Part shown: in pieces, positions 1 to 14,792 of the stretch | Numbering within the stretch: position 1 is the stretch's first letter | Layout: every line of letters begins with the position of its first letter | From: the human T2T-CHM13v2.0 reference genome, Homo sapiens | DNA: 64,000 nt | Reading direction: 5' to 3' (one strand) | Assembly (NCBI RefSeq): GCF_009914755.1 | Contig: NC_060939.1 | Translations under genes and position numbers: made by a program | Notes under the pieces: model-generated | Database searches by the model: none | Seen by the model: only the letters and a program-made list of their open reading frames with translations | Told to the model about the DNA's origin: nothing

Positions 1-177
1 TTCCTGCCAGCTCCTTGTAAACACAGCCCTCTAGGGAGGATGGAGCTGGCTCTTCCCACCTGGCCTTGGAGAAATCTGCTTCTCTTCAGAATCTGAGCAC
101 AGCAGCTAAAGAACTTCCTTCCAGATGTGGAACCGTCAGGACCCTCACCCCCTTCTGCTGCAGAAAGGTCTAATCTG

Positions 178-387
178 GGCAGGTTTTGAAATCTCAGCAC
201 TGCTGAGATCTGGGGCTGGATGATTCTTTGTGGTAGAGGGACTTTGTGTGCATTGCAGGATGTTCAGCAGCATCCCTGGCCTCTGCTCACTAGATACCAG
301 TAGCACTCCCTCCCCAGTTGTAACAACCAAAAGCATTTCCAGACATTATAAAATGGGGAGCAATGACCTTTGACTGAGAACCACTGG
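178..387 (-). mobile_element. MER20 (hAT-Charlie DNA transposon)
   Basis: Matches recalled MER20 consensus: gcattgcaggatgttcagcagcatccctggcctct...ttgtaacaaccaaaa...tgagaaccactg. Confidence 0.85.
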
Positions 388-467
388 CCTAGGCCTGTCC
401 AAGCTGCTTTACATGGCTCTCATGGCCCACTGTGGCGTGGCCACTGCCTTCCAGCTTCAGCACTTAC

Positions 468-751
468 CTCTGTGGCCAGGTTGTGCTGAACTACTCTGAG
501 CTTCCAGCAGCATGCGCCAGACAGTCCACAGAGCCCCACGTGCCTGCCATGCCCGGAGCATCCCTGTGTGTCAAGCGGCTATAGATCTCGTGGCCACCAG
601 CAAATGGACCAGGATCTCCACCCTGGACTTGCCTCCTATGTCATCCCCTAATCAAGTCAGGGCACTTCAATTGTATGGTGACTCCCCATCCCTGACCAGG
701 GTTGCTCTCTGGGTTTGGAGGATTGGAGCAGGATGTCATGGAAACAGGATA
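468..751 (-). other. Candidate non-coding internal exon (284 nt)
   Basis: Minus strand: acceptor cttctctcctggttttcttcccag| at 752, perfect donor GAG|GTAAGTG at 467; no convincing ORF. Confidence 0.3.
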
Positions 752-896
752 CTGGGAAGAAAACCAGGAGAGAAGCAAATGCAGCATGGATGGCATGGGA
801 GGCAGAAGCTTCCTAGAATCGACAAGATGGCCAGTCCACCCCATCAGCCCCTTCCACATTGTCTACAGAGGCAATAGGCCACTTTTTCAATCACGC

Positions 897-989
897 ATTT
901 TGTTGTTGTTCTTGTTGTTTGAGTCAGGGTCTCACTCTGTTGACCAGGCTAGGGTACAGTGGCATGATCATAGCTCACTGCAGCCTTGG
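897..989 (-). mobile_element. Alu fragment (FLAM/AluJ 3' part)
   Basis: gagtcagggtctcactctgttgaccaggctag...catagctcactgcagccttg with a (TTG)n tail. Confidence 0.8.
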
Positions 990-1434
990 TGATTTATCTA
1001 CCACTATATAGTAACTCAGCTCTGCTTCCAAACTGAGATTTTTGTTTCTGGCATAAACTGGGTGTTATTTTTCAAGGATGTATTCTTATCACCAGATGGG
1101 GTCATTTTCTATTTTATTCAAGTCAATCGATAATGAAAAATAAATAAAAACAAAGGACTGAGAAGGCCGTTTTCTTTTTTAAATCTCACTACTTTTTTGG
1201 AAGAAACTAATCTATTCCCACTTCCCCTCCAGTCATCACCACCAAATTAATCTTTTTATTTTTTTGATAATGTAGACATATATATAAATAATATAGGTTA
1301 TATACATTCACATATATTTTAACCAAAATGCAGTTATGCTACATCTTGCTGCAATTTGCTGTTTTATCACTTAACATTTAAACTTTATCTGTGACCCTTT
1401 CCAAGTGGGTGCCTCAGGAAACCCACTGCCTCAT

Positions 1435-1625
1435 TCTAATGCCAGCTCTGACTTCTCACAGCTGTGTGACCTCGTGCAGGCTAATAACCTTTCTGGGCCT
1501 CTTGTGCATCATGTGGATGACAACATTGCCTACTTCATAAAGTTGTTGAGAGGGTTAAATGAGGTGACATATATAAAACACTCAGATCAGTGCCCAGCAC
1601 AAGACAAATGCTCGGAAAACAGCTC
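1435..1625 (+). mobile_element. MIR
   Basis: Core cagctgtgtgacctc...gttgttgagagggttaaatgag...agtgcccagcaca. Confidence 0.8.
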
Positions 1626-2078
1626 TTACTACACAAGTCTACCTCATTTCTTTCAGAGACTAGAATTTCATTGCCTAGATATTCCTTAATTTATCTGACC
1701 CATGTTCTTTGATGGAAATTTAAACTTTTAGAAACTTGGCTCTTAAAATAAGCAGTAATACAGTGAATATCCTTGGACATATATCTTTATACATTTATGC
1801 TACAATTTTTGGAGGGTAAATTTCTGGAGGAGAGACCGCCAGATTATTCAGTAAGCACATTTTAGGTTGATACGTCTTTTACTAAATTTCCCTTCGAAGG
1901 TGTGTGGCACTTTACCAGCAGTGTGTGTGTGTTGTGTTCATTTCTTCATTCTCACCAGTTCTTTTTAACTGGACAAGCAAAAACTAATGCTGCATTGCTG
2001 TTTTCATTTACATTTCTTTAGGCATTAGTGAGGCTATCTTGTAATTGTTTCCTCTTTAATGAAGTGGTTGTATATAAC

Positions 2079-2110
2079 GTGTGTGTGTGTGTGTGTGTAT
2101 GTGTGTGTGT
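2079..2110. repeat. (TG)n microsatellite
   Basis: Seen directly. Confidence 0.95.
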
Positions 2111-2342
2111 TGCCCACTTGTCCATTTTTGCTGTTTCTGATCAATTTGAAGGAATACATTCTATAGTGTGGACATTCACAGTTTTCCTGCTAGAATATGT
2201 AGCAAATACTTTCTCCCAGACTGTAATTTATGTTTTGATTTATTTAAGGTACCTTTGACAATACAGTTTTGGTTTTTTTCTTTTTAGGTGGTCCAATCTG
2301 CCAAACTTTTCTATTGTGGTTTCTGGGTTTGGTGTTAGATTA

Positions 2343-2649
<307 letters not shown>

Positions 2650-2682
2650 GAAAGTCCTTTTCCCCACCACTACCCTCCCAAA

Positions 2683-2704
2683 ACACACACACACACACAC
2701 ACAC
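2683..2704. repeat. (CA)n microsatellite
   Basis: Seen directly. Confidence 0.95.
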
Positions 2705-4077
2705 ATATACAGTTTGTTAATAATTTTAATGTGCAGTTCTTTAATTTATCTGGGACTTCCTATTGTGCACATTACAAGGTAGATGCCTGATTTTATCCTT
2801 TTGCATGTAAGATAGTGATTTCTGCCATAGCTCAAAGTGTCTCTAGACTCCAAGTGGCTCCCCTATAGGACTAAGGCTCTCTGAACTTGAGTCGGTCTAG
2901 CCTGGGCAGGAAGGTGGGCTGCCGAGGAAGCAGTTCCCTCCCCCGTCCTTCCTCCCTTTCTATTTATTGTATCCAGCGACAGCCAGTGTTGGAGGCTCCT
3001 CCACTCAGACAGCAGGGGAGCAAGAGGGCTGCCGAGAGAGCTGTGAACACTACATCACTTGAACACAGCATTACGGGAATGGTCAGAGCCTGAGCTACAG
3101 TTGTCCTGGGAACGCAGTAACTTATGTGCCCAGAGAAATCATTTTCCTGGAAGATGCATTTTAGGCAGCACGGAGGCTCAGGTGACCCTTATATCATCTG
3201 GTCACAGGTTTCTGTGGATTTACACATGCTGGCTTCCCACAACAGAAAGAAATCTAATTACCGGTGGAATAACTTACAGGTAAGGGGACCTCCAGTGGGC
3301 GCCCAGCCTGGCTGTAAATCCTCAGAGCTAGATCCTGAGGAAAGTGAGCTGGTGCTCGGACCTGGACACCTCGCAGCTCAGAGGACAGCCACCACCTCGA
3401 ACCCGGGGCTGGGTGGGAGAGCAAATGGGTGGCAGAGCACATGTGGGTTTCCAGGGCTTGGAAAGGTAAAGAACATCAGACTGGGCCTCCAAATGCCTGG
3501 GCTCTTTCTGCTACTAACTGCCAGGATGACCATAGCTTCTCATTTAACATATTTTCTCAGTTTCCCTGTGCTAGATTATTGGTTAGCAGGTATTAAGCCA
3601 CATCCCAGGGGCCATGTGATATACTTTAAATACATATCCCCAGTTTGCACAACAGCCCTGGAAAATGAGAATTAGGATTCCCATTTGACATATGTAGAAA
3701 CAAGATCCGAGAGGTCAAGTGGATTCGTTCAGAGTGACTTTGGAAGAAAGTGGCAGAGCTAAAATTGCAATCCTCTCACCCAAGCCTCACACTGCAGCGT
3801 GTTCCACAGGATCCATGTTTGTGAGTGTGGTGGGCAGGGCCCTGTGCTGCTGGGGGACCTTAGAATGTGCATGAGGAAGCTTCCCTGGGCCTCTCACAAA
3901 GACCTTGGGGTGACTCCCAGGACTTCTCCCTTCCTTGGCCTCAGCGTGGCCTTCGCTCCAGTGACACGTATACAAGGCAGCCGTGGCCTGGTCTGCACAG
4001 TTGCCCGGCATCCTGCTCCAAGGCCTTCTGCCATGCCAAGAACCACATCCTTCTCTGGCTATGCGTAAAGATGAGAG

Positions 4078-5730
<1,653 letters not shown>

Positions 5731-5744
5731 AAAAACAGAGGGTT

Positions 5745-6305
5745 CAGAGGAGGGTTGGGGTCCCCAAGACCACACCTAGGTTTGACATTTCTTTGGAGGA
5801 CTCAGGAGACTCAGCAAAGAGTCACACTCATGGCTATGATTTATTATACCAAAAAGATACAGCGCCAAATCCCCAAAGAGAAAGGCCCTTGGGGCAAAGT
5901 CTAGAGGAAACCAGGAATAAGTTTCCAAGAATCCTCTCCCAGGGAGTTGCACAAGACAAGCTTAATTCTTCTAGCAAGGAGTAGTGAGAACACATGTCAA
6001 ATGTCTACCAAGGAAGCTCATTAAAGACTCTGTGCCCAGGGTTTCTGTTGCCACTAGAGGGGGAGCTGGTTACATAGGCACCCCTATGTCCAGCACATAC
6101 CGCAATTCCAGACTCTCAGAAGGACAGCGCTGTTCCACATAAAGCATATTGTTGGGACAGCTTAGGCACAGTGAGCCATTCTTATTAGGGAATGGTGGAA
6201 ACCCTCCTGAAATCCAAGTTCCCAGATGCCAGCCAAGGGCCAACCTTTCAAAGCAGGCCTTTCCAAGGAGATCAGTCTCAGGCAGCTATGGTGACTCTCT
6301 GAACA
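5745..6305 (-). mobile_element. MER21 LTR
   Basis: ggtccccaagaccac...actcatggctatgatttatta...ccagatgccagccaagggccaacct match recalled MER21B/C. Confidence 0.8.
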
Positions 6306-6763
6306 AGAAGTAACTGGGGTTAAAGGTGGAGGAAGGAGAGCCCTTTTAATTTCATCCACCTTTTAAATTCCATTTCCTGAGGCAGAGGTGAAAGCCGTTG
6401 GCCTGAGCAGAATGAGCATTGGAGACCAGCTTCTGGCCTCACACAGATCCATCCAAGCTGTCACGTGCAGTCTGATGTGTTCATTTTCACCTGGAATAAC
6501 ATCTGCTGTGTACAACGTAGACCGTAATTTATTTATCTAGTCTCCTAGAGGATACTAACAGTATGACAGCATTTTTATTAAGCAAACCTAAACAATATGC
6601 TGTTTAAGAACATCATAGGTGGTTATTTTTAAATGCAAGGGAATTCAGAGTAACTCTTATCTGAGGAAGGGAGGGAGCCATGGGCTGAGATCAGAGAGGA
6701 GCACACAGTTATTAGTAATGTTCTTAAGGTGGGCAGTGAGTTCACAAGTTGACTTTATAATTA

Positions 6764-7068
<305 letters not shown>

Positions 7069-7152
7069 ATAATTATAGTTCATAATTTTACATAAGTGAT
7101 GAATACATATGTTCTTTCAAATGTACCAAAAATATGCACTAAAGCATTTTAA

Positions 7153-7449
<297 letters not shown>

Positions 7450-7519
7450 GGCATTTTAACTTTTTAAAATTTACCATCTGGGTAATGGTGAGGTGCCCTT
7501 CCTAACTATGGAATTCTCA

Positions 7520-7960
7520 GGGCTGGCTACCATCAAAACTAACAAACATTATAATTTAATTGACATAGAAACCCATTATCATCTCCAATCAAGTGACATC
7601 AAGCTTAATATTTTTTATTACTGGCTGCTCATTTTTCTCACTGAGGATCTCATTTTGTGAATGAATTCAATTTTGTGAATCAACTCAATTTTATTACTCA
7701 ATATTTTATTGTTTAATTCTTAGGGGAATAACATTATTTCATTTTCAGTATCTTTATTTTTACAGTTATGCTTTATTTATGATAAATGACTCTGGTCTTC
7801 TATTTATGGTAGAGATGCAAATGCTTCCTTTTAAAATAAGTTTACACAAGCTAAAAGTTGAGACAAATTAAATACAAACATTAATCAAATGATAGCACAA
7901 GCAGTATAGGAATGTGACGATAGTTGTCAAAGAGTTGAACGAAAGTGCTGGACAACACTG
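7520..7960. mobile_element. Possible Charlie-type hAT remnant
   Basis: AT-rich tract ending ...aaagtgctggacaacactg, resembling a Charlie terminus. Confidence 0.35.
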
Positions 7961-8743
7961 GCTGGTATGCAAATATCTAGCATCCAAGTTATCTTTGCTA
8001 GATCCAATGGGGGGCCAGAGAGTTACAAAGATGTGTATGTGTGTGCTTGTGTGCGTGTAACGTGATCTTTTTCCTCAGAGAGTTTCCACCTAGGAAAGCA
8101 ACACACTTACCAATAAGGAAACAGTCACCGGTAAGGCCTCAGTGTCAGTGCCTGCAGGAGGCACATGTCAACCTGAAATCGGGAAAGGGCCAGGCTTTTA
8201 AGAAGACAGGTGTGAAGCTACAAGTCACAGTGCCTTTCAAAACTCTTCCTAAATATTAGGCTGCAACCAACCCTAGCACTTCCAAGAGTACAAACTTATG
8301 GAGTATAAACCAGTTGGCATCACTGGTTTATGGTACTGTATAGGCGTTTCTAATTTTAAAATAAGCCAGCAACATCTGGCAGGATGTAGTAGGGGGCTGT
8401 CCCATCTCTGTGCTGTGTATGTCAGGGCTTGCGGAGAAAGGCCCTACGAAGCACGTCCATCCTACCTGCCTATAGAAACGAAGAGCACCGTTCACCAGCT
8501 ATGAACCACATGTCAAACACACAGACATACATAGTATGTGATGATCATGCTATGTAATGATACCAAGCTCTAAGAGGTAAAGAGCTCAGGAAAGGGATAG
8601 TTCACCCTGCAGGAGACTGAATCCGAAAAGGCTCATTAGTCATTATGATTCCTATTGCCTAAAACAGTGCCTAGCACATAGTAGATACTCAACTGATACT
8701 TGTTGTAGTAGCGAGTAGGGAAGTGGAAGGATTAAGCTGGCCA

Positions 8744-9225
8744 TGATGAGAGGCTGAATAACGGTCCCCCCAAAGATCCATGTCCCCGTCCCTTTCATGG
8801 AGCCTATAACTACTACTTTACATGGGAAAAGGGATTTTTCAGATGTGATTAAGTTAAGGCTTCTGAGATGGGGAGATTACCCTGGATTATCCAGATGGGC
8901 TCCTAATGTAATTATAAGTATCTTATAAGAAGGAAGCAGGGGAAGATTTCACTACAGGGAGAAGAAAAGGCAATATGACCACTGAGGCAGAGACTGGAGT
9001 GATGTGGCCACAAGCCAAGAAATGCCTGCAGCCCTGAGAAGCTGGAAGAGGCCAGGAAAGAGAATTCTCCCTGGGAGCCTCCCAAGGAATCACAGCCCTG
9101 CTGCCACCTTGATCTAGGCCTATAAGACTCAGTGTGGATTTTTGGCCACAGAACTGTAAGAGAATAAGTTTCCGTTGTTTTAAGCCACCAAGTTCGTGGT
9201 GATTTGTTACAACAGTACAGGAGGC
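8744..9225 (+). mobile_element. MLT1C/D MaLR solo LTR
   Basis: gatgtgattaagttaagg...ctggattatccagatggg...ccacaagccaagaaatgcc...ttgttttaagccaccaag. Confidence 0.9.
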
Positions 9226-9279
9226 AAAAGCAGCCACGATCTGGGAAGAAGGTAGAGTGAGAGGGAGCTGTGAAAGCTG

Positions 9280-9580
9280 TCTGGGCAATGCCAAGGACAT
9301 TAGAGAGCCTAGGGGTTTTGAGCTGAGGCCTCCTAAGATGCAAACAGAGCTTGAGAAAAATGAATCTGTCTTGGCTGTGCAGAATGGATCAAAGGTGGAG
9401 AAGCCAGAGGCAGGGAGCTCTGTCAGGAGGTTCTTAAACAGTTCAGAATCACAGGGCTAGAGACAGGCCCCGGGATTAGCGGTGGAAAGGAGAGAAGGAG
9501 ACCAGTACAAAAGAAATTTCAAAGGCAAAATTGATGGCGCTTAGTGAAAGGCTGAATATAGCAGATGAAGGAGAAATTTC
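9280..9580 (-). mobile_element. L2 fragment
   Basis: Degenerate L2 motifs (gaggcagggagct...ggaggtt..., agatgaaggaga). Confidence 0.55.
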
Positions 9581-10008
9581 TTCCAGCTGTTAGAGCAGAC
9601 ACCGGCAGAGAGAGGGAAATTGCGGCAAAGGGGGAGACATTTCTAAATGTTTCTAACAATGTTGAGCGGGTTAGTCTAAACTATAGCAGTGCCATGAACT
9701 GAGCTGCTCGAAGAGTTGGAGAAACAACTCATGGATCAACCCTTTTTATGGCTGGCCGCCGATGGCAGGAGGAAAATACTAGTGCCTGGGCTCCTTGTTA
9801 TAAAGTGTGGAAGAATTCTTTCCAGAATTCTTTCCTCCCTTGACCTCTCCTCCCAAGGCCTCGATTTTCAGTGTGGAGGTGGGCAGGGGAATGGAGTGGA
9901 AGAGAAGGAGAGGAGTGCAGATAGAAAGTAAAAAGGGAGGAAAAAACAATAGCATGGGTCAAACATGGCATAGACATATCCCAGCTGCCCTCTTGCCCAG
10001 GCGCTGAC

Positions 10009-10158
10009 CAGTCTCAACAAGCCCGTCAGAATGAGGTCGACGCCTTCACAGCTCCATCGGCAGAGCCCTCTCACTGGGTGCCACTTCCATCCCTGTAGAC
10101 CTTGAGCGTAAACAACCTTCTTGCCAGAAATGCAAGTGGATTCCGGCATGGTGGAGGA
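10009..10158 (-). other. Candidate exon with strong 3' splice site
   Basis: Minus strand: CTGAC-ttctccttgctctg-CAG| then tcctccaccATG; donor CTG|GTCAGC at 10008 is weak. Confidence 0.25.
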
Positions 10159-10534
10159 CTGCAGAGCAAGGAGAAGTCAGTGGATTGAGCAGGAATTGAA
10201 CTTGAAACATCTAATTTAGGGTGTATCCTAAAACCAAGCACTACCCACAGCAGGGAGCACTGCCCCAGAATAGTAATCCGTCAACCCTAGAAGCCATCTC
10301 CAGAGATCTGGGCTACAGATTGGGAGAATGTGAATCACAACAGTGCCCTGCCCCATGCACTCTGTGATCACCGGCCCCCAATGGGGAATTCTGCCACAAT
10401 GCCTCCACCAACTATATCGAGAAATTTTCTAAGAAGGCCACAGCTCTGAAGCCTGCCTTTGTGCAGGAGCTGTCGAGTCTCATGGTTCAGCTTGGCTTGG
10501 TAAGGGGGAGAGAAAAGGAAAGAGTTCCCTGCAT

Positions 10535-10640
10535 TTACCACTAGTTATTTACTGTGCATCTCCTGTGTGTCAGGCACCTGCTAGATGCTTAGAATACTCA
10601 GTAAATAAGACAAGCCCAGCCCCTGTCCCCATGATGCTGA
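10535..10640 (-). mobile_element. L2 3' end
   Basis: tatttactgtgcatctcctgtgtgtcaggcac...aataagaca. Confidence 0.6.
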
Positions 10641-11056
10641 TAAATATTATCAAAAGCAGCCTTTGAAAAAAGCCTGAGTGGAAGCTTGAATCAGAACCAA
10701 ATCTCTATTTTCCAAAATGATTGAACTGGCAAACGTGCAAATGTTCTCAGGACCAAAACAGGATTTTGTTCCATTTGAGTCTCTCCTCTCTCCAGGGCCT
10801 CAAACAACCTGCTGAACAACAGATACTCACATGGCCTGATCTTCTGACAAAGTCCCCTGAGGAATTGCTGAGATTACTGAGAAATCAATTTGATCACACC
10901 ATTTTCCAGCAATATTACCCTCTTCCTTTCCCAAGCCCCTTCACAGGTTCATCTGCTCATTTGACAATGACTTACTGAGTGCCCGGCCTGTGCCAGGTGT
11001 GGATAAAGGGTGCTGCGCTGCCCAGTAGGGCTGCCAGTCCACAGGTGCACACCATT

Positions 11057-11397
11057 TGTATTAGTCCATTTTCATGCTGCTGATAAAGACATACCCAAGA
11101 CTGGGTAATTTATACAGGAAAAGGGGTTTAATGGACTTACAATTCCACATGGCTGGGGAGGCCTCACTATCATGGCAGAAGGCAAGGAGGAGCAAGTCAT
11201 GTCTTACATGGATGGCAGCATGCAAAAAGAGAGCTTGTGCAGGGAAACTCCCGTTTTTAAAACCAGTAGATCTTGTGAGATTTATTCACTATCATGAGAG
11301 CAGCACGGGAAAGACCCGCCCCCATGATTCAATCACCTCCCACAACACATGGGAATTCAAGATGAGATTTGGGTGGAGACACAACCAAACCATATCA
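11057..11397 (-). mobile_element. THE1A/B solo LTR
   Basis: tgtattagtcc...aaccatatca termini; perfect 5-bp TSD CCATT at 11052-11056 and 11398-11402. Confidence 0.95.
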
Positions 11398-11619
11398 CCA
11401 TTCATCAGCTCTTGGCTGGGGGACAGGACAGGAGTGACAGCCCTGATCAGACAGGCAGAGAGCTAAGGGTAAACCTGAAGAGGAAAAAAGCCCAGGGTTG
11501 GAAAGTGGCAGAGCTGGGGGAAAAAAGCCCAAGATCCCTAATTCCTATTCTAACACCTTCCTCCAACACTCTGTCCAATTTGGCCACTGAGAAACTTTCA
11601 CGGATGGGCCGTTAGAATT

Positions 11620-11800
11620 TACCAAGTGTATTCACATCCATGGTCTCAGTTGAGCCCCATGGCAACCCTAAGGTGTGCTTTTGCAACCCCATTTTACAGA
11701 CAAGTAAATGGAGGCACAAGAAATCTCAGGATTTGTAAAGTTAACCAGCTGGTAGGTTGCCAAATTGAGGCACAAACCCAGGTCTTGTGATTTCAACGTT
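11620..11800 (-). mobile_element. MIR
   Basis: cccattttacagacaagtaaatggaggcac core. Confidence 0.7.
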
Positions 11801-13049
11801 AGTCGTCTTTTCGCTGGACATCAAACTCTAGCTCTTTGTTCCTGGCATCTTGTCCCCCCACACCAAACCACCAAAAATCATACACACACCCCAATCCCCA
11901 AAATAATTAAGTTAAATTAAAAACAGAAATGTCTTTCTCCACTCTAAGATCTGGCAGCAGGCAGCAGGCAATTCTCCCGGGAACACTTAGTGATTTCCAA
12001 GGGGAAATCTGACCATCACTAACGTCCAAAGACTCCACCGTGGTTTCAGTTAGGGGCCGGAGCGCTCTGGTACTGGAGGCGAGGGAACAATGGACCGTGC
12101 TCCAGGAGAGAAGGTTGACCTCTCTCAGAACCCCCTCTGTTCCTGGCTAATATGTCAATAGCCTCTTAAATGGAACGTTATGTGTCTGGGATTTTACTGT
12201 CAGACCCACCCCTTTTTGGTAGGGTTTAGCTTTTTTTTTTTTTTTTTTAATCTAAAGTTGATTGCCTCTCTCATTATCAAAGCCACCATCCATCTGTTTC
12301 CACTTTCTCAAGGGCTGTAGCAAGGAATAGAGCTGGAAATGTGTTTTTACTTGAGGTTTCAGGATTCCCCCTCCTCCCTGCTTGTTGAGGGTTGTTCAAG
12401 TTTTAATGTTGTCACTGCAATATGATCTTCCAGTAGTGGGTGGCCCGGCTGTGCCATTTGAAACTAATTTACAGCTTCATCTGAGACTATCATCACTTGA
12501 AATTAATTAACCAGAGCAGACCAAAAGTTTATATGATGGGGGGAGGAGGAGAGAACTTTTACCTCGTAAGAAAAGACTCCCCAGACTTTGCAAGATACTG
12601 TCCTTGGGTACAAAGAACAGTCTTTACTTTCCTGTCCACCCACCGCTTTTTTGAAACTAAAACACACACATAAACCATAAAACATTCAGGATGTTGTTTT
12701 CTGAAAGCTTTCTTTGGGAAGATAAGAACTCTGTGGCGGTTTTCACAGACCCCGAGCCGTGGCTGTTACCAGGAAGAAAGGTGAGTAGACTCATCACCAG
12801 CTGATAGGGATTTCTGCACCCCATAATGAATGCTAGAGATGAAAGAATGGGGAAGCAGGAAAGAGTTGGGTGGGCTGGGCAGGTCTCGGGGCATTTACCA
12901 CAGTGCCATACAAAACAGATTCTTCACAGGCTGCAACAGGGAGACATCCGTGCCTCTCACATTTGGTAAGTATATAGTGACCCCTTGTTATGTGCCAAGC
13001 ACTGTGGGTGAAGGAAACACCCTCAAGAGGCTTATATGTTTCATCAAAA

Positions 13050-13260
13050 TGACAACCAATACTTGTAAAGCTCTTGGCAGTCTACGAAGCACTCTTACAT
13101 ACATTCCCACTTAATTCTCACCATGACCCCATGAGGCACATAGTACTATCATTCCATTTGATGAGGAAAGAAGCCCAGGTTCAGAGAAGGCAAGAGCTTT
13201 TCCCTGGGTCACACAGTTGGGAAGTGATGGAGCACGAATCCAAACCAAGGTCGGTAACAA
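13050..13260 (-). mobile_element. MIR
   Basis: ttaattctcaccatgaccccatgagg...gatgaggaaagaagcccagg. Confidence 0.7.
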
Positions 13261-13834
13261 AAATCAAATCCTCTTTCCACCAAACCTATAGCTAGGGCTT
13301 ATAAACACAAAGCAACAGGGACAAAAGGGGCATTAAGTCTTGAGGTACCCCCACATGAATGTGATTAGGAGTCAGCAGGCATCTTATTTTTCTGCAATAA
13401 AGGGTTCCAGCCACTGCCATCATGAGATTTGAGCTAGTGATGTGGCCAGAAAAGGCAACTCTCTGACCAGCTCTAGGGAGTTCTGGGCCCTCAACCAGAC
13501 ATAAATCTGTGGGTGACAAAACTATGCACATCATTCTTGGGCTCAATTTGACTTTCTAAAGCTGAAACATGCAGAGTGTTTGGGCGGCAACAGATTATAA
13601 TCTCTCTGCTCTTAAACACCAACGAGTATGTGAAAGTAATTTGAGAGCCATTAATGGATGCTTGCATAATGCCTGGCTCCTACTAAATACTGAAAACACA
13701 CTGGCTGTGATTGTGATTCCGCAAATCCTCTCCCTCCTCGAGTCTCAGAGTTGGAAGGAAGGGACCTTAGACACAAAGACTGGTCCCTGATCCAACCAAA
13801 AATATGGATATCTATTATAGAATTATATAATCGA

Positions 13835-14050
13835 TTGTAACAGCTAACATTGGGCACTTACTGTGTGGTAAGTGCTCTTCTAGTATTTTGAGCAAATTAA
13901 TTCTCAGGACAACCCTATGAGGTCTTTGATTACCCCATTGGACAGATAAGGAATCTGCAATAGAGATCAGTGACATATCCTCTTGCCCAATCAGGATTCA
14001 AACTCAGGCAGCTTGCCTCCCAGGGAGAGCCCTTAGCCACGATGCTATTC
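13835..14050 (-). mobile_element. MIR
   Basis: agctaacattgggcacttactgtg...aaccctatgagg...ggattcaaactcaggcag. Confidence 0.75.
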
Positions 14051-14197
14051 ATCCTGTCCAGGTCCTCCCTAATGTGCTGAACAACTGAGTGTGTAGCCTT
14101 TGCTTGCACATCACAGTAACGGGTGCTCACTACCCATAGAGGCAGCCTCCTTTTGCAAGACTGAGGATTTAAAGTGGAAAATTCATCTCTATGTTGA

Positions 14198-14509
<312 letters not shown>

Positions 14510-14591
14510 GCCTGAGATTTTGCATTTCTCACATGCCCCCAAGTGATGCTGATGCTGTTGGTCCGAGGACCACATTGTGAGGAGCAAGGGT
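14510..14591. mobile_element. MER5A fragment
   Basis: tgcatttctcaca...gtgatgctgatgctgttggtccgaggaccaca. Confidence 0.75.
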
Positions 14592-14599
14592 CTAGCTCA

Positions 14600-14792
14600 G
14601 AGTAGGGCTGAGCAGGCCTGCCACCTATCTCTGTAAACGGTGTTTTATTGGCACACGTCTAACCCATTGGCTCCCACATTGTCTGTGGCTGCTTCCATGC
14701 CGCAACTCAGTTGAGTGGTCGTGACAGAAACCATGAGGCCCACAAAGTCTAAAATGTCTGCCCCTTTATAGAAAAAGCTTGCCTGCCCTTGC
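14600..14792. mobile_element. MER58A
   Basis: gttttattggcacac...gtctgtggctgctt...ggcccacaaagtctaaaat...tttatagaaaaagcttgcc. Confidence 0.8.

Noticed and set aside
3124-3675. 183-aa ATG ORF in mostly unique DNA
   Set aside because: No recognisable homology; it runs through a strong splice donor and into MIR-like sequence; length is compatible with chance.
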